The position numbers were made by a program, and so were the translations under genes. DNA of 49,874 nt from a virus (taxonomy: Duplodnaviria; Caudoviricetes). How positions within the stretch are numbered: the first letter of the stretch is position 1; each line of letters begins with the position of its first letter. Shown in pieces: positions 26,735 through 36,770 of the stretch. A model generated the notes under the pieces. The model did not search any database, was not told the origin of the DNA, and saw nothing but the letters and a program-made list of their open reading frames with translations. The DNA is taken from the IMG/VR virus record IMGVR_UViG_3300020294_000008, positions 1-49,874 of that record. One strand, written 5' to 3'.

Positions 26735-27003
26735 TAATCGTCATACACTCTACATTCCAGTGAATCTGGATGATTATCACAATAAACTTCTAAATGCTTG
26801 TCCTCATGCCGTGTGTGCCAATCATTAATCTTAGCATCACCAGGATTCTCTTCATTCTCTTCATGAGCATGAAAAGCATCATTGTGCATCTCTAAATCTG
26901 CCTCTGTGTACTCAATCATACCATGATTTACATGCTCTTTATGATCCTTTGGATCAATGTAAGATTCATGGTTTAAATCGTGTTCTGGGACTTTAGTTGT
27001 CAT
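26734..27003 (-). CDS. cp12: CP12-like protein with His/acidic N-terminus
   Basis: C-terminal LEVYCDNHPDSLECRVYDD is the CP12 C-terminal disulfide motif. Confidence 0.75.
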   Translation of the reverse strand: MTTKVPEHDLNHESYIDPKDHKEHVNHGMIEYTEADLEMHNDAFHAHEENEENPGDAKINDWHTRHEDKHLEVYCDNHPDSLECRVYDD

Positions 27004-27005
27004 AG

Positions 27006-28313
27006 TTAAACTCCTGAGGTATCTCGAACAATCTTCATAGCAGTATGTGATTTATTACCACTAAAGAAATGACTGATCTCCTGAATAATATATAGACCAC
27101 TTTGAGTATAATCAACCTTGTCATCTTCTGCAACTTCAGGAAACATACACTTAATAGTATCACCAGCATTTAAAAATATATTTGCTGCTACTTGAATAGT
27201 AACAACTTGTGTAAATAATGATTTATATCTAGTTATTGCCTGAGAAGCATCTAAAGTTTCATCCATATTTATTGTTGTAGCAGCAATGCCAACAGATTTT
27301 GGTTCTAAACATCCAGTTGCATAAACAGAAGTAACAATTCTATGTGCCATTTCTGGTTTAGAAAATTCTCTATTAGCTATTGGTGGTGCTTCAGAAGACT
27401 CTGTACCTAAAGTTTCTTGCTTATTATCAGTCTGTTTAAACACAGCATCATCTGGTTTAGTAAACTTAAAGGTATTAGGATCAAAATAAATTCTATATGT
27501 TGAATATTCTCCACCTCTTTGGGAAGATATTACATTAGCATTATCAACATTATAACTTAAAATTTTAGTAAAAGATTTTTCTGGATTCTCAAGTGCTTCA
27601 TTTTTACGATCAAACCAATACTCTTCAGATGGTTTATCGTTTTTAATTAATGATTCTATAGATCTAAATCTCATCCCCTTGGTCGTTTGCCATAAGAAAA
27701 ATCCAGCACTATTAATTCCTTTAGATTTATTACTAGTAGTAGCAGTAACAGGAATTGCTCTTTTTGCTAACATTGGAGCAATAGTAAGAGGTTTTCTCAT
27801 ATTACCTATAAAATTATAAGTATTAGCAGTTTCTTCAATATTATCAATCTCCGTACAATTAATTTTTTTCATTAAATCTTTAATTATATCACTAATTTTA
27901 GTAGCTTTATACTTCCCAACAATTCTTCTATTTAAATTAATCATACCCTCCTTTGAAATCAAATGCAATACAAAACTTTCATACTGCTTGTCCTGAACAT
28001 AGTTCGTCAACTTATTAACAAACATTGTAATTTCAAATTCACCAGGAGTATTTTTTCTTTGAATTTCAATAGGGGTTGTAATATGAATCTTAACCATCTC
28101 ACCTCCCCTAATAGGAACACCATTATATAAACCCTGATCACCAACATCATCTCCAGTAGTAGTTACTTTCATTGTAGCAGTAACACATGGAGAAGTTATG
28201 TTTTCAAAAAATTGAAACCATGATACTTTTAATTTAAGCTGAGTACCTACACCACCTTTCGCTGGTGTTATAGTAATTGATTCATATGTACTTCCCTGTG
28301 TTGGTGCAGCCAT
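27006..28313 (-). CDS. baseplate hub protein (gp27-like)
   Basis: FFENITSP..GGEMV..AGFFLWQT..GMRFRSIESL..LNAGDTI..SGLYIIQEISHFF..KIVRD; synteny. Confidence 0.65.
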   Translation of the reverse strand: MAAPTQGSTYESITITPAKGGVGTQLKLKVSWFQFFENITSPCVTATMKVTTTGDDVGDQGLYNGVPIRGGEMVKIHITTPIEIQRKNTPGEFEITMFVNKLTNYVQDKQYESFVLHLISKEGMINLNRRIVGKYKATKISDIIKDLMKKINCTEIDNIEETANTYNFIGNMRKPLTIAPMLAKRAIPVTATTSNKSKGINSAGFFLWQTTKGMRFRSIESLIKNDKPSEEYWFDRKNEALENPEKSFTKILSYNVDNANVISSQRGGEYSTYRIYFDPNTFKFTKPDDAVFKQTDNKQETLGTESSEAPPIANREFSKPEMAHRIVTSVYATGCLEPKSVGIAATTINMDETLDASQAITRYKSLFTQVVTIQVAANIFLNAGDTIKCMFPEVAEDDKVDYTQSGLYIIQEISHFFSGNKSHTAMKIVRDTSGV

Positions 28314-30001
28314 TAGGTAAACTGAGTATTAATTTGATTTATAGTGGCATAAAGATCATTAACCACAATTACAGTTTCTTCTTCGTTAGATTTGTGAGAT
28401 CCCTTTCCATCAGAGGATGAATGACCCTCTATATTTATTGGTACAGTAACAATCCTTTTATTATTTCCATTATTATTAAGTTCACTACTAACATCATTTT
28501 TATCTACCTTTTCAATAACTGATCCTGGATTCATAAGTTTCTGTCCTTCAACTGAATTTTTCCAAACACCAAATATTTTTAACTTTTGCTTATCTGATAA
28601 TGGTATATAATGTTTATTATATGCTTTATAATCATACGCTACACCATTAATATAACCAATCTTATTAACATTATCTGCCCAAGAAACAACTACTCTAGTT
28701 TCACTCTCTATTTTCCTTGGATCATCTTTCAAAGTGGCATTACCAGACTTCTTCGTAATTTTAAGATCATTCTTTGTAAACCCAAGTTTTTCTGCTGTAA
28801 GTTTTTGATCATCATCATTAACTTCAACTGAGTCAATAGAAGTATTACTCTCAACATTACTCTGACTATCTGATAATTTAAATTTAGCAAATGCCTGATC
28901 TAAACCAACACGATTCCACATAGGTCTAAATTCAACTACATCACCATCTTCATTCTTTTCCAATGCTTGTGCTGTTTCTTCAATATGTGGGAATATTGCC
29001 AACATATTCCTTTTAGCAATTTCAGGACTTTTTTCAATAGTCTCCGAATTAATATTTCTTGATCGCATTAAAGCAATTGCCATTATGTCTTGATTCTGAT
29101 CACTAAACTTATCACTTGGTTTCAAACCTGCCATCTCTGCTAATGGAATCAATGCTCTTAAATTATACTTTCCAGCACCTTCACCATCTCCCCTTATACT
29201 CTCAACTTTTTTAATACTCATATTAGTTAAATCTTCTTTTTCTACACCACCAACTTGAGTAGCAGATTTTGTACCTACTGCTTGTAAAAGAGGAGTCCAA
29301 TCTCTATTATTATCTGCTAAGTCCATAACCTCTTTCTCAGTTTGATCCCTAAGTGCTCTCTTACTTTTTGGATCACCTGCATAATCAGTAATAGCTTTAT
29401 TAATACCTTCCCATGATTTATTCCATTGATCAACTACACCCCCTTCACCGTTCACGCCCCTTACTGCTTTATCCAAGTCGGCCATCTCTTTCTTCAATTC
29501 ATCAGATTTAAATATAGCTGCTTTAATACCATCTTTCTCATAATCTGCCATAAACTGTTTAGATACATCACCAAGTTCGTTGGCCACATTCATTATACTA
29601 TTAAAGAAATCAACGACATGACCAAAGACTTTCCTTGACATTGTAACAAATCTAGTAACTTCTTTAACTATTGCTGGCAATTTATCAAGCAACCATCCAC
29701 CAAGGATAGCAGCAAGTGCAGTCATTAATCTTTTAAAGAATCCACCTGAAGTTTTTTTAATTTTATCACCAAACTTCTCAGTTTTTTCTGCTTTTGGTTT
29801 TGCTTCAAGTAATTTCTCATCTTCTTCCTTTTCCTTAGTATCCAATAACTTCTTCATTTCAATCTTCTTATCAGCACCTGCAGCTACCTTTGCATCTACC
29901 CTATCAGACAGAGATGCTTTAATGCCAGCAGCAGTATCTTGGATTGAAAATAACCCAAAAGAAAATATTTCAAATGCTTCTTTAGTTGGTATTAAATCCA
30001 T
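28313..30001 (-). CDS. tail/baseplate (tape-measure-like) protein with degenerate lysozyme-like domain
   Basis: Coiled-coil N-terminus, hydrophobic ILGGWLLDKLP, DLTNMSI..AGKYN..AGLKPSDKFS..NQD. Confidence 0.55.
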   Translation of the reverse strand: MDLIPTKEAFEIFSFGLFSIQDTAAGIKASLSDRVDAKVAAGADKKIEMKKLLDTKEKEEDEKLLEAKPKAEKTEKFGDKIKKTSGGFFKRLMTALAAILGGWLLDKLPAIVKEVTRFVTMSRKVFGHVVDFFNSIMNVANELGDVSKQFMADYEKDGIKAAIFKSDELKKEMADLDKAVRGVNGEGGVVDQWNKSWEGINKAITDYAGDPKSKRALRDQTEKEVMDLADNNRDWTPLLQAVGTKSATQVGGVEKEDLTNMSIKKVESIRGDGEGAGKYNLRALIPLAEMAGLKPSDKFSDQNQDIMAIALMRSRNINSETIEKSPEIAKRNMLAIFPHIEETAQALEKNEDGDVVEFRPMWNRVGLDQAFAKFKLSDSQSNVESNTSIDSVEVNDDDQKLTAEKLGFTKNDLKITKKSGNATLKDDPRKIESETRVVVSWADNVNKIGYINGVAYDYKAYNKHYIPLSDKQKLKIFGVWKNSVEGQKLMNPGSVIEKVDKNDVSSELNNNGNNKRIVTVPINIEGHSSSDGKGSHKSNEEETVIVVNDLYATINQINTQFT

Positions 30002-31752
30002 TAAATGTTATATACAGTGTGATAAAATCGACCATATGGATCATGATTTAAATTTGATGTTGCCTGTGCTATCAACTCACCTTCGTTACCACTTTTTACA
30101 AGAGGTTGATTTCCTTTTTTATTACCACTAAGATCTATTGGAACTACTTCTATATTTTGTTCATTATCAATTTTCTGAGATATTAATGAATTGTCCTTTT
30201 GAATACCTTCTAAATTCTGACTAAGAGGCCCCTTAACCCATTTACCATCACTGTTAAGAAAATTTCCTTCAGGAGTAATAATATCTCTTTCTATATCAAA
30301 ATCAAGTTTGGGATACTTATCTTTATCACCAAACATACCTTGATCTGCCCAACCACCAATTTTAAGTTGATTTTGATCTTTTTTAAATCTAGATTCTTCT
30401 AAAAGATCGGCCATAAAATCCAATCCACCCAAATCTTTATGCTCTTCCTTTTGAAGTTCACTAAAACCATCTACACTATATTCTTGAGCAATTTGTAAAA
30501 TATCAAGAAGATTTTCATTTTTTGTACTACTTCTCAAAGAAATAAGATTTTCTTTCGTTTGATTAAAAGCAATTTCTAACTTCTTCTTATTTGCTAACTG
30601 CTTTTGTTTTTCTGCATCATTACCTTCATTAGATGCAGCAAAAATGGCATTTTGAGTAACCGCTAATGCTTCCTCAATCATCGCCAACTTACGATATTCA
30701 TTTGTTATTTTATTGAGAAGAGCCTTGTCTTCATCATTAAACTCTTTATTGTTCTTTGTTAATGATTTAATAGCTTTTAATGATGAATCGTACAAAGTAT
30801 CATTCTCTGCATCTTTTCTATTATAGTGATCCTTAAGTACTCTATAAGCCAGAAACAATTCAGTACCAGGATTAGAAGATGAATCTCCTAAATTGAATCC
30901 ATCTCCATGCAAGAGGACATCCGTTGTATATTCATTACTATAAAGTTTTTCTTGAATTTTTTTCTCTGCTAATGACAAATCCTCTCTCTTCATAATTTCT
31001 TCTGACTTATCTTCCCATCTTTTAGCATATCGTTTTGCTAAGAAAAATGCAGCAACAGATGCAACAATAGCAGCAAGAGCTATCCAAGTTACTGGATTTG
31101 CCATAATAGCAAGTGAGGCAGGAATATTAAACAATATACCAGTAGCAATACCACTAATAGCACCAGCAATTCCACCTACTAAAGCAGATTGAGCTAAGAA
31201 AATACCACCAACAATACCTAATGCAGTAGTAACATTCTTAGCAATCTCTTTCAATTTTTCTGTATCACCTGCATTCCATGCCTCTATCGCATCACCTAAC
31301 TTATCAATCATCCAACCACCAAATATTGCAAGCATTGCATCCATAAATCTTTGGAATACACCCTTTACACTCTTAGTACCTTCCTTTAATGGTTTAACTA
31401 ATGCCTTTTCTGTTTGCAATTCAAGAAAATTTTCTGCACCTTCTTTCTTCTTAGCATCAAGTTTTTGTTGATCTGCTTTAGCTTCATCACTTTCAATCTT
31501 TTTATCAGCAGCAATATCTTCTGCAATTATATCTCTTATACCAAGTAAACTTTCATTGATATTCAGAATTGATTGATTAATATCCTGAAATAGTTCTGGA
31601 GTTATACCACTCTTCTCTAATACATTTACCTTTTTTTCTAAAGTAATAACTCTAGCAAGAGTTTTCCTTTGTGTGCCAAAAGATTTCGACATCGTTGCAT
31701 GACTAGCAAACGACATCTCTTTCTTCTGACCTTCTGGAACTGGTAAATCCAT
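30001..31752 (-). CDS. tape-measure/baseplate hub protein (gp29-like)
   Basis: Coiled coil plus hydrophobic segments; downstream of gp51/gp26; IFGGWMIDKL motif shared with neighbour. Confidence 0.55.
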   Translation of the reverse strand: MDLPVPEGQKKEMSFASHATMSKSFGTQRKTLARVITLEKKVNVLEKSGITPELFQDINQSILNINESLLGIRDIIAEDIAADKKIESDEAKADQQKLDAKKKEGAENFLELQTEKALVKPLKEGTKSVKGVFQRFMDAMLAIFGGWMIDKLGDAIEAWNAGDTEKLKEIAKNVTTALGIVGGIFLAQSALVGGIAGAISGIATGILFNIPASLAIMANPVTWIALAAIVASVAAFFLAKRYAKRWEDKSEEIMKREDLSLAEKKIQEKLYSNEYTTDVLLHGDGFNLGDSSSNPGTELFLAYRVLKDHYNRKDAENDTLYDSSLKAIKSLTKNNKEFNDEDKALLNKITNEYRKLAMIEEALAVTQNAIFAASNEGNDAEKQKQLANKKKLEIAFNQTKENLISLRSSTKNENLLDILQIAQEYSVDGFSELQKEEHKDLGGLDFMADLLEESRFKKDQNQLKIGGWADQGMFGDKDKYPKLDFDIERDIITPEGNFLNSDGKWVKGPLSQNLEGIQKDNSLISQKIDNEQNIEVVPIDLSGNKKGNQPLVKSGNEGELIAQATSNLNHDPYGRFYHTVYNI

Positions 31753-31925
31753 TACTGTTGTTGTTTTGCCTTTAGATTCTCATCTTCAATATGTTGTTTC
31801 AATAAACTAATATATATTTCCCGTTCCCACGGGATCATATTCTCAATATCACTTAAAGAGTATTTATGATGCTGCATGAGGGCAAAATTGATCTTATAAT
31901 ATGATACAAGATCCTCATGTAACAT
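31752..31925 (-). CDS. gp51: baseplate hub assembly protein gp51 (57 aa; absent from ORF track)
   Basis: MLHEDLVSYYKINFALMQHHKYSLSDIENMIPWEREIYISLLKQHIEDEN. Confidence 0.85.
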   Translation of the reverse strand: MLHEDLVSYYKINFALMQHHKYSLSDIENMIPWEREIYISLLKQHIEDENLKAKQQQ

Positions 31926-31927
31926 CC

Positions 31928-32641
31928 CTAGTTGAAAAAAGCTGCTAGTCCCTCCAATGGAATAACATTATCAACTTTAGTTTTAGGATTAGTTACAGTT
32001 ATCTCATGCTTTAATTTTGGCATTGTAGTAAAGAACTTCTCTACTTCCTTAAACTGTTTAGATCCTAACTGTTCCAAAAATTCTTTCATTTCTTTAGAAG
32101 TGGAATCTGCTCCAGTCCATTCTTCTTCATCACTATAAATCATATCCACACAACTTACAATCATATCAAGAGACTGATCAAATCCTGGTCCTACTGCAAA
32201 ATTATCTGCAATAAACTGATCCAATGAAGGATACTTCATTCTTAATGTCAAAGTATCATCTAATTTAATATCCTTTTTATGTTCAGGATCTTCTATAACC
32301 AGAATCTCATCCAAATTAACAGTAACAGGAACCTTTGTTACACCATCATCAGGACATGTAACTTGAATATCTACAGATTCTCCAACTGATTTACCTCTAA
32401 CATTAAGAAATAGATATTCAATATCAAAAGTAGATAACTTATCAATCTTTACACCCCTTGATAAAATACAGTTACCCAATACCTGTTTAACTGCACGAGC
32501 AATATCTTTTATTTCATTACTCTCCATTGCAATGACAAGAATCTTTTCTTCTTTAACTAGAAAAGGTCTATATCTAATCTTTTTTCCTGAAGAAGGAATA
32601 ACCAACTCATAGGTTGGTGCATTAATCTTTGGTAGTGGCAT
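31928..32641 (-). CDS. gp26: baseplate hub subunit gp26
   Basis: MPLPKI..YRPFLVKEEKIL..FDIEYLFLNVRGKSVGE..LEGLAAFF. Confidence 0.9.
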   Translation of the reverse strand: MPLPKINAPTYELVIPSSGKKIRYRPFLVKEEKILVIAMESNEIKDIARAVKQVLGNCILSRGVKIDKLSTFDIEYLFLNVRGKSVGESVDIQVTCPDDGVTKVPVTVNLDEILVIEDPEHKKDIKLDDTLTLRMKYPSLDQFIADNFAVGPGFDQSLDMIVSCVDMIYSDEEEWTGADSTSKEMKEFLEQLGSKQFKEVEKFFTTMPKLKHEITVTNPKTKVDNVIPLEGLAAFFN

Positions 32642-33311
32642 CAGTTTTTCCTTTAATTATACCACATATGTAAGCCATAGTGGATTTGAATGCATTGCCA
32701 TCCAACTCATCAAACATAAACATATTCAAACGAAATGCATAGTTTGCCTCAGAGACAATAGCAGAGACCTGTGATTCAGTCACTGGCAGTGTATTTAGTG
32801 TAGCACGATAATTATTTTTAAACTCCTTCTTATTCTCTATATCAAACTCATAGAAATCTAGACCACCATCATCTAATTTGAGAGAGTTCTTAGCAATATT
32901 TCTAAGGATCTGACCCCCAGAGAGATCACCCAAATATCGAGTATAATGATGACCCACAAGAAGTTCAGTCTGGTCATGTGCTACTTCACGGATACGGTTT
33001 ACATACTGTTGACATGCTTCAGTAGGATAAATGGTCTTGTCCCAACCCTTACCATAAAAATACTCACAGTCTTTTGCTAGATTACGATGTCTATAAAGTT
33101 CCTTCATGTTCAATGGTCCTACAACAGGATCATCTTTTAATCTAAGAACCTCTACCTCCATCGCTTGATAGATGAAGTAGTAGTTAGCAACGAGTTGCCT
33201 ATAACCTTTTCTACTCACTACTCCACGAAGAAATGAACTAACAAACTTTGTATTCTCTGCAGCAGAGTGTGATTGTTTAGTTCCTTCTTTTAAATCTTGT
33301 GCTAATCCCAT
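32622..33311 (-). CDS. ho1: heme oxygenase (ferredoxin-dependent, cyanobacterial type)
   Basis: LKEGTKQSHSAAEN (proximal His), HHYTRYLGDLSGGQIL, EANYAFRLNM. Confidence 0.95.
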   Translation of the reverse strand: MGLAQDLKEGTKQSHSAAENTKFVSSFLRGVVSRKGYRQLVANYYFIYQAMEVEVLRLKDDPVVGPLNMKELYRHRNLAKDCEYFYGKGWDKTIYPTEACQQYVNRIREVAHDQTELLVGHHYTRYLGDLSGGQILRNIAKNSLKLDDGGLDFYEFDIENKKEFKNNYRATLNTLPVTESQVSAIVSEANYAFRLNMFMFDELDGNAFKSTMAYICGIIKGKTDATTKD

Positions 33312-33348
33312 ATACAAATATTCACTGATTTATATATCATAGCATAAT

Positions 33349-34215
33349 TTATGCTATATTACCACTAGTAGGGTTTGGAGAAAAATCTCCTGTAGGATTA
33401 TTTGGAACATACTTATTAGTATCTGAATTTAAAGACTTATCTGATGATACATTCTCAGAACTTTTTACTTCCTGAACATTATCTTTTTTAGTTTCTGTAA
33501 TATTAGTATTACCAGTAGCACTAGGAGTAGCTATTGTAGGAGCACCTGATTCTGAAGCACCATCTTGCTGTAATACCTTACTAGTACGACTCAAACTATC
33601 TAATTTACCAAAATAATAACGATCATATGCAAAAGTAACAGTACACTCAAGAACTTGAGCACCTTCATATGAAACAGGCATTGATGTTACATTAACAGGG
33701 AATGCATTAAGGAAAGTATATTCAACATTTCTAAAATGATCTTTATCAAATTTCTGTATTCTTATAGTATCTACTTTATATTCTGAAGGATATTGCATTC
33801 TATGATAATATGCCTTCTCATGTTTTGAAACTAAACTATCAGATCCAGAAGCAATAAAATCTTGCCATAATTCAAAGAATTGAAGAACTCTATAATCAGA
33901 ATCAACATAAAAAGTAAAAGTACTGTCAGTATAAACCCTAGAGTGAGCCATCTTCTCAACTATACCCATCCTATTACCTTCAATTTGTGCTGTAGCAAAA
34001 GAAGTTGCTGGTAATTCTGCAGCATTGCAATATAGACCAAGATCTCTACTAATAAAATAATTACTAACAAGAGGAGCTTTAGTACTAATATGTCCTCTCA
34101 GTTTTTGCAATGATGCAAAACCAGAAAAGAACACCTCATAGTGATTAGTCGTAGCAACTTTTTGAAACTGCCTGACTATACTTTTAGTTGATTTTACTCT
34201 TGGATAGGACGGCAC
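33349..34215 (-). CDS. gp54: baseplate tail-tube initiator (gp54/gp19-like)
   Basis: LYCNAAELP..FYVDSDY..FFELWQDFI..YP.EYK..NAFP..VTFAY; GTG start, divergent from gp4. Confidence 0.7.
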   Translation of the reverse strand: MPSYPRVKSTKSIVRQFQKVATTNHYEVFFSGFASLQKLRGHISTKAPLVSNYFISRDLGLYCNAAELPATSFATAQIEGNRMGIVEKMAHSRVYTDSTFTFYVDSDYRVLQFFELWQDFIASGSDSLVSKHEKAYYHRMQYPSEYKVDTIRIQKFDKDHFRNVEYTFLNAFPVNVTSMPVSYEGAQVLECTVTFAYDRYYFGKLDSLSRTSKVLQQDGASESGAPTIATPSATGNTNITETKKDNVQEVKSSENVSSDKSLNSDTNKYVPNNPTGDFSPNPTSGNIA

Positions 34216-34216
34216 A

Positions 34217-34223
34217 ATAAATA
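34217..34223 (+). promoter_or_regulatory. late promoter ATAAATA for gp4; a minus-strand ATAAATA at 34311-34317 may serve gp54
   Basis: Motif match and position. Confidence 0.6.
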
Positions 34224-34245
34224 CCTAAAGGGATCTTTACGACAT

Positions 34246-34680
34246 ATGGCTCGTTCAGGAAGATACAGACCTTCTAATATTACAAAGTATAGAGGGGACT
34301 ATCGTAACATTATTTATCGCAGTTCCTGGGAAAGAGTGTTTATGTCCTATTGTGATAAGAATGAAAATGTAATAGAGTGGGGAAGTGAAGAGGTTATAAT
34401 ACCCTACAGATCACCACTTGACGGTGGATTGCATAGATATTTTCCCGACTTTTATGTTAAAGTAAGAGATAAATCAGGAGTACCTAAGAAATATATTATT
34501 GAAATTAAACCTAAAAGACAATGCACTGAACCAAAGATTCAGAAAACTAAAAATAGAAAGTATGTAAGAGAAGTAATGGAGTATGCTAAAAACCAAGCAA
34601 AATGGGATGCAGCAAAAGAATTTTGTAAAGACAGAATGATGGAGTTCAAAATACTAACGGAGGATAATCTAGGTGTCTAG
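34246..34680 (+). CDS. gp4: head completion nuclease gp4
   Basis: YRSSWE..WGSEE..PY..HRYFPDF..IEIKP..NQAKW..FKILTE. Confidence 0.92.
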   Translation: MARSGRYRPSNITKYRGDYRNIIYRSSWERVFMSYCDKNENVIEWGSEEVIIPYRSPLDGGLHRYFPDFYVKVRDKSGVPKKYIIEIKPKRQCTEPKIQKTKNRKYVREVMEYAKNQAKWDAAKEFCKDRMMEFKILTEDNLGV

Positions 34681-35023
34681 ACTACAACCAATTGTAGATA
34701 ATTTTGTCGGAACTGAAGAACCCGATGATACAATGCTGGATGTTTTAGATGCTCTACAAGATACTAAAGTTATCCTACCAGAAGAGGGTGGTTTCTATAC
34801 CTTTGTATATCTACCAAAAACTCCTATGATTGAGTATGATGAATTTCCTCTGATAGCATGTATGGAATTAAAACAGTGGGGTATTAGAGGATTCAGTTAT
34901 CATTGGAATAAAATGAGAAATTATACATGGAATGAAGTGATCGGAGAGTTTCATGAACTATCAGTTGCTGAACTAGAACATGCCAGATCATTAGGATATG
35001 CAAAATTCAAGCTAAATACATAA
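34673..35023 (+). CDS. gp2: DNA end protector gp2-like (short form)
   Basis: FYTFVY.PKTP..YDEFPLI..GFSYHW; GTG start; follows gp4. Confidence 0.65.
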   Translation: MSRLQPIVDNFVGTEEPDDTMLDVLDALQDTKVILPEEGGFYTFVYLPKTPMIEYDEFPLIACMELKQWGIRGFSYHWNKMRNYTWNEVIGEFHELSVAELEHARSLGYAKFKLNT

Positions 35024-35037
35024 AAAGATAGTGTGTA

Positions 35038-36108
35038 ATGGCTAGACTCGATACATTGACATTATTTAATGATAGTAAAAAAACAACGAAGAAAAAGAAA
35101 GCAAGTAAAGGTGTTGGATCTGTACTGAGATATCCATACGATATCATTAGTTCATCTACTGATTACTTTCAAATTGATGTGTTAGATTATATACCTGCAG
35201 CCTCTGGAGGGACAGGATCGTTTATGGCTAATAAATCTCAACTTGTTCAAGGTCAAGGTCCACTTGCTGATATTAGTAAATTAAAAACGGAAACTGTAAG
35301 TGACTGGAAAGTTCCTAGTATGTTTGGTGGAACATTAGATAAAGGTTCTGTAAAACAACTAAGCGATGCATATACAAATACAAAATCAACAAAAACTATC
35401 ATACTACCAATACCAACAGATATTCAAGATTCTAATGGAACCAAATGGGGTGAAGACGAATTAAATGACTTTGCTGCATGGGGAATGAGTAAAATAGGTC
35501 AAGTCATAGAAGGCAAAAATCTCAAAGAAGCAGGAAAAGTTGCAGCAGACACAGTAGGTGAACTTAGTAGTACTGCTACAGGTGCAAGAGGAGGACAATT
35601 AATAAATTATTTTAAAACTGCTGCAGTTGTAACTGCTGCAAATGCTTTAGGTGCAAACACATCAATAGATGGTGTTTTAGCAAGAAGTTCTGGTAAAATA
35701 ATTAATAAAAATGTAGAGCTTCTATTCAGTGGTGTTCAATTAAGAACATTTAGTTTTTCTTTTGACATATCACCTAGAGATGAAACAGAAGCAGAATATG
35801 TTAGACAAATAATTCGTGAATTTAAAATAAGAAGTGCTCCTAAAATGAAAAAAGGACAAATTGGATTCTTAAATTCACCAGATGTATTCAGAATTGCATA
35901 TAAAAAAGGTAAACAAGCACATCCATTTCTTAATAGTTTTAAAACATGTGCTCTACAGCAAATGAATGTAAACTATTCTGCTAGTGGTACATATGCAACA
36001 TACCACAATGGAGTTCCAGTTCATATGAAACTAGATCTAACCTTTATGGAGTTAAATCCAATATATGCAGAAGATTATGATGATAAACCTAAAGGAGTTG
36101 GATACTAA
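35038..36108 (+). CDS. gp48: baseplate tail tube cap gp48
   Basis: LRYP..ILPIP..N.ELLFSGVQLRTFSFSF..PDVF..FKTCAL..LTFMELNPIY; CTAAATA at 35012-35018. Confidence 0.88.
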   Translation: MARLDTLTLFNDSKKTTKKKKASKGVGSVLRYPYDIISSSTDYFQIDVLDYIPAASGGTGSFMANKSQLVQGQGPLADISKLKTETVSDWKVPSMFGGTLDKGSVKQLSDAYTNTKSTKTIILPIPTDIQDSNGTKWGEDELNDFAAWGMSKIGQVIEGKNLKEAGKVAADTVGELSSTATGARGGQLINYFKTAAVVTAANALGANTSIDGVLARSSGKIINKNVELLFSGVQLRTFSFSFDISPRDETEAEYVRQIIREFKIRSAPKMKKGQIGFLNSPDVFRIAYKKGKQAHPFLNSFKTCALQQMNVNYSASGTYATYHNGVPVHMKLDLTFMELNPIYAEDYDDKPKGVGY

Positions 36109-36770
36109 TGTCTAAACACTATTTCAGTCACTTACCTGATTTTGGATATAAAAATCCACTTACTAGTAGTAATACTAACAGTAATTATGTACTTGCCAAA
36201 AATATTTTTAGAAGAGTTAAAATGCTAGATGATGCTCTTGCAGATATAACTTTCTTAAATTATTATACTATTTCAGAAGGTGAAACACCACAAGATGTAG
36301 CAGAAGAATTGTATGGAAATTTGGAATATGATTGGATAGTATTAGTAGTAGCAAATATTATGAATGTTAGAGATGAATGGCCTATGTCAAATAGGGCGTT
36401 GTGGAAATATTGTGACGAAAAATATGGTGGAGACTTAAATGCAACTCAATTCTATGAAACAAGAGAAGTTAGAGATGCAGAAGGAAGACTAATTCTTCCT
36501 GCAGGTAAAGTTGTAGATAGATCATTTACAATTCCAGATCCAGATACACATAATATCAATCTTTCTATTGATAGTGATACACCCCTTGTCATAGGAATAT
36601 CTAATTGGTTAGCAGAAACCAGAAATAATGAAAATAAAAGAAATATTAAAACAATGAAACCAGAATATCTAACTACATTCTTATTAGATATGAGAAATGA
36701 ATTATTCTACAAAGAATCATCAACAACAATAGATAAAACAACTAAAATAGCTTCAAATCCAGACCTTTAA
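36108..36770 (+). CDS. gp53: baseplate wedge subunit gp53
   Basis: YFSHLP..KNIFRR..GETPQDVAEELYG..DWIVL..N..EWP..NE.KR.I. Confidence 0.9.
   Translation: MSKHYFSHLPDFGYKNPLTSSNTNSNYVLAKNIFRRVKMLDDALADITFLNYYTISEGETPQDVAEELYGNLEYDWIVLVVANIMNVRDEWPMSNRALWKYCDEKYGGDLNATQFYETREVRDAEGRLILPAGKVVDRSFTIPDPDTHNINLSIDSDTPLVIGISNWLAETRNNENKRNIKTMKPEYLTTFLLDMRNELFYKESSTTIDKTTKIASNPDL

Noticed and set aside
9235-32138. Numerous plus-strand ORFs antisense to structural genes (e.g. 10352-10684, 21117-21584, 23662-24123)
   Set aside because: Antisense shadows of Gly/Thr-rich genes with no RBS or recognisable motifs
34246-34680. TnsA-like transposase or mobile element
   Set aside because: The fold is shared with T4 gp4; synteny with gp2, gp48 and gp53 identifies it as the head completion protein
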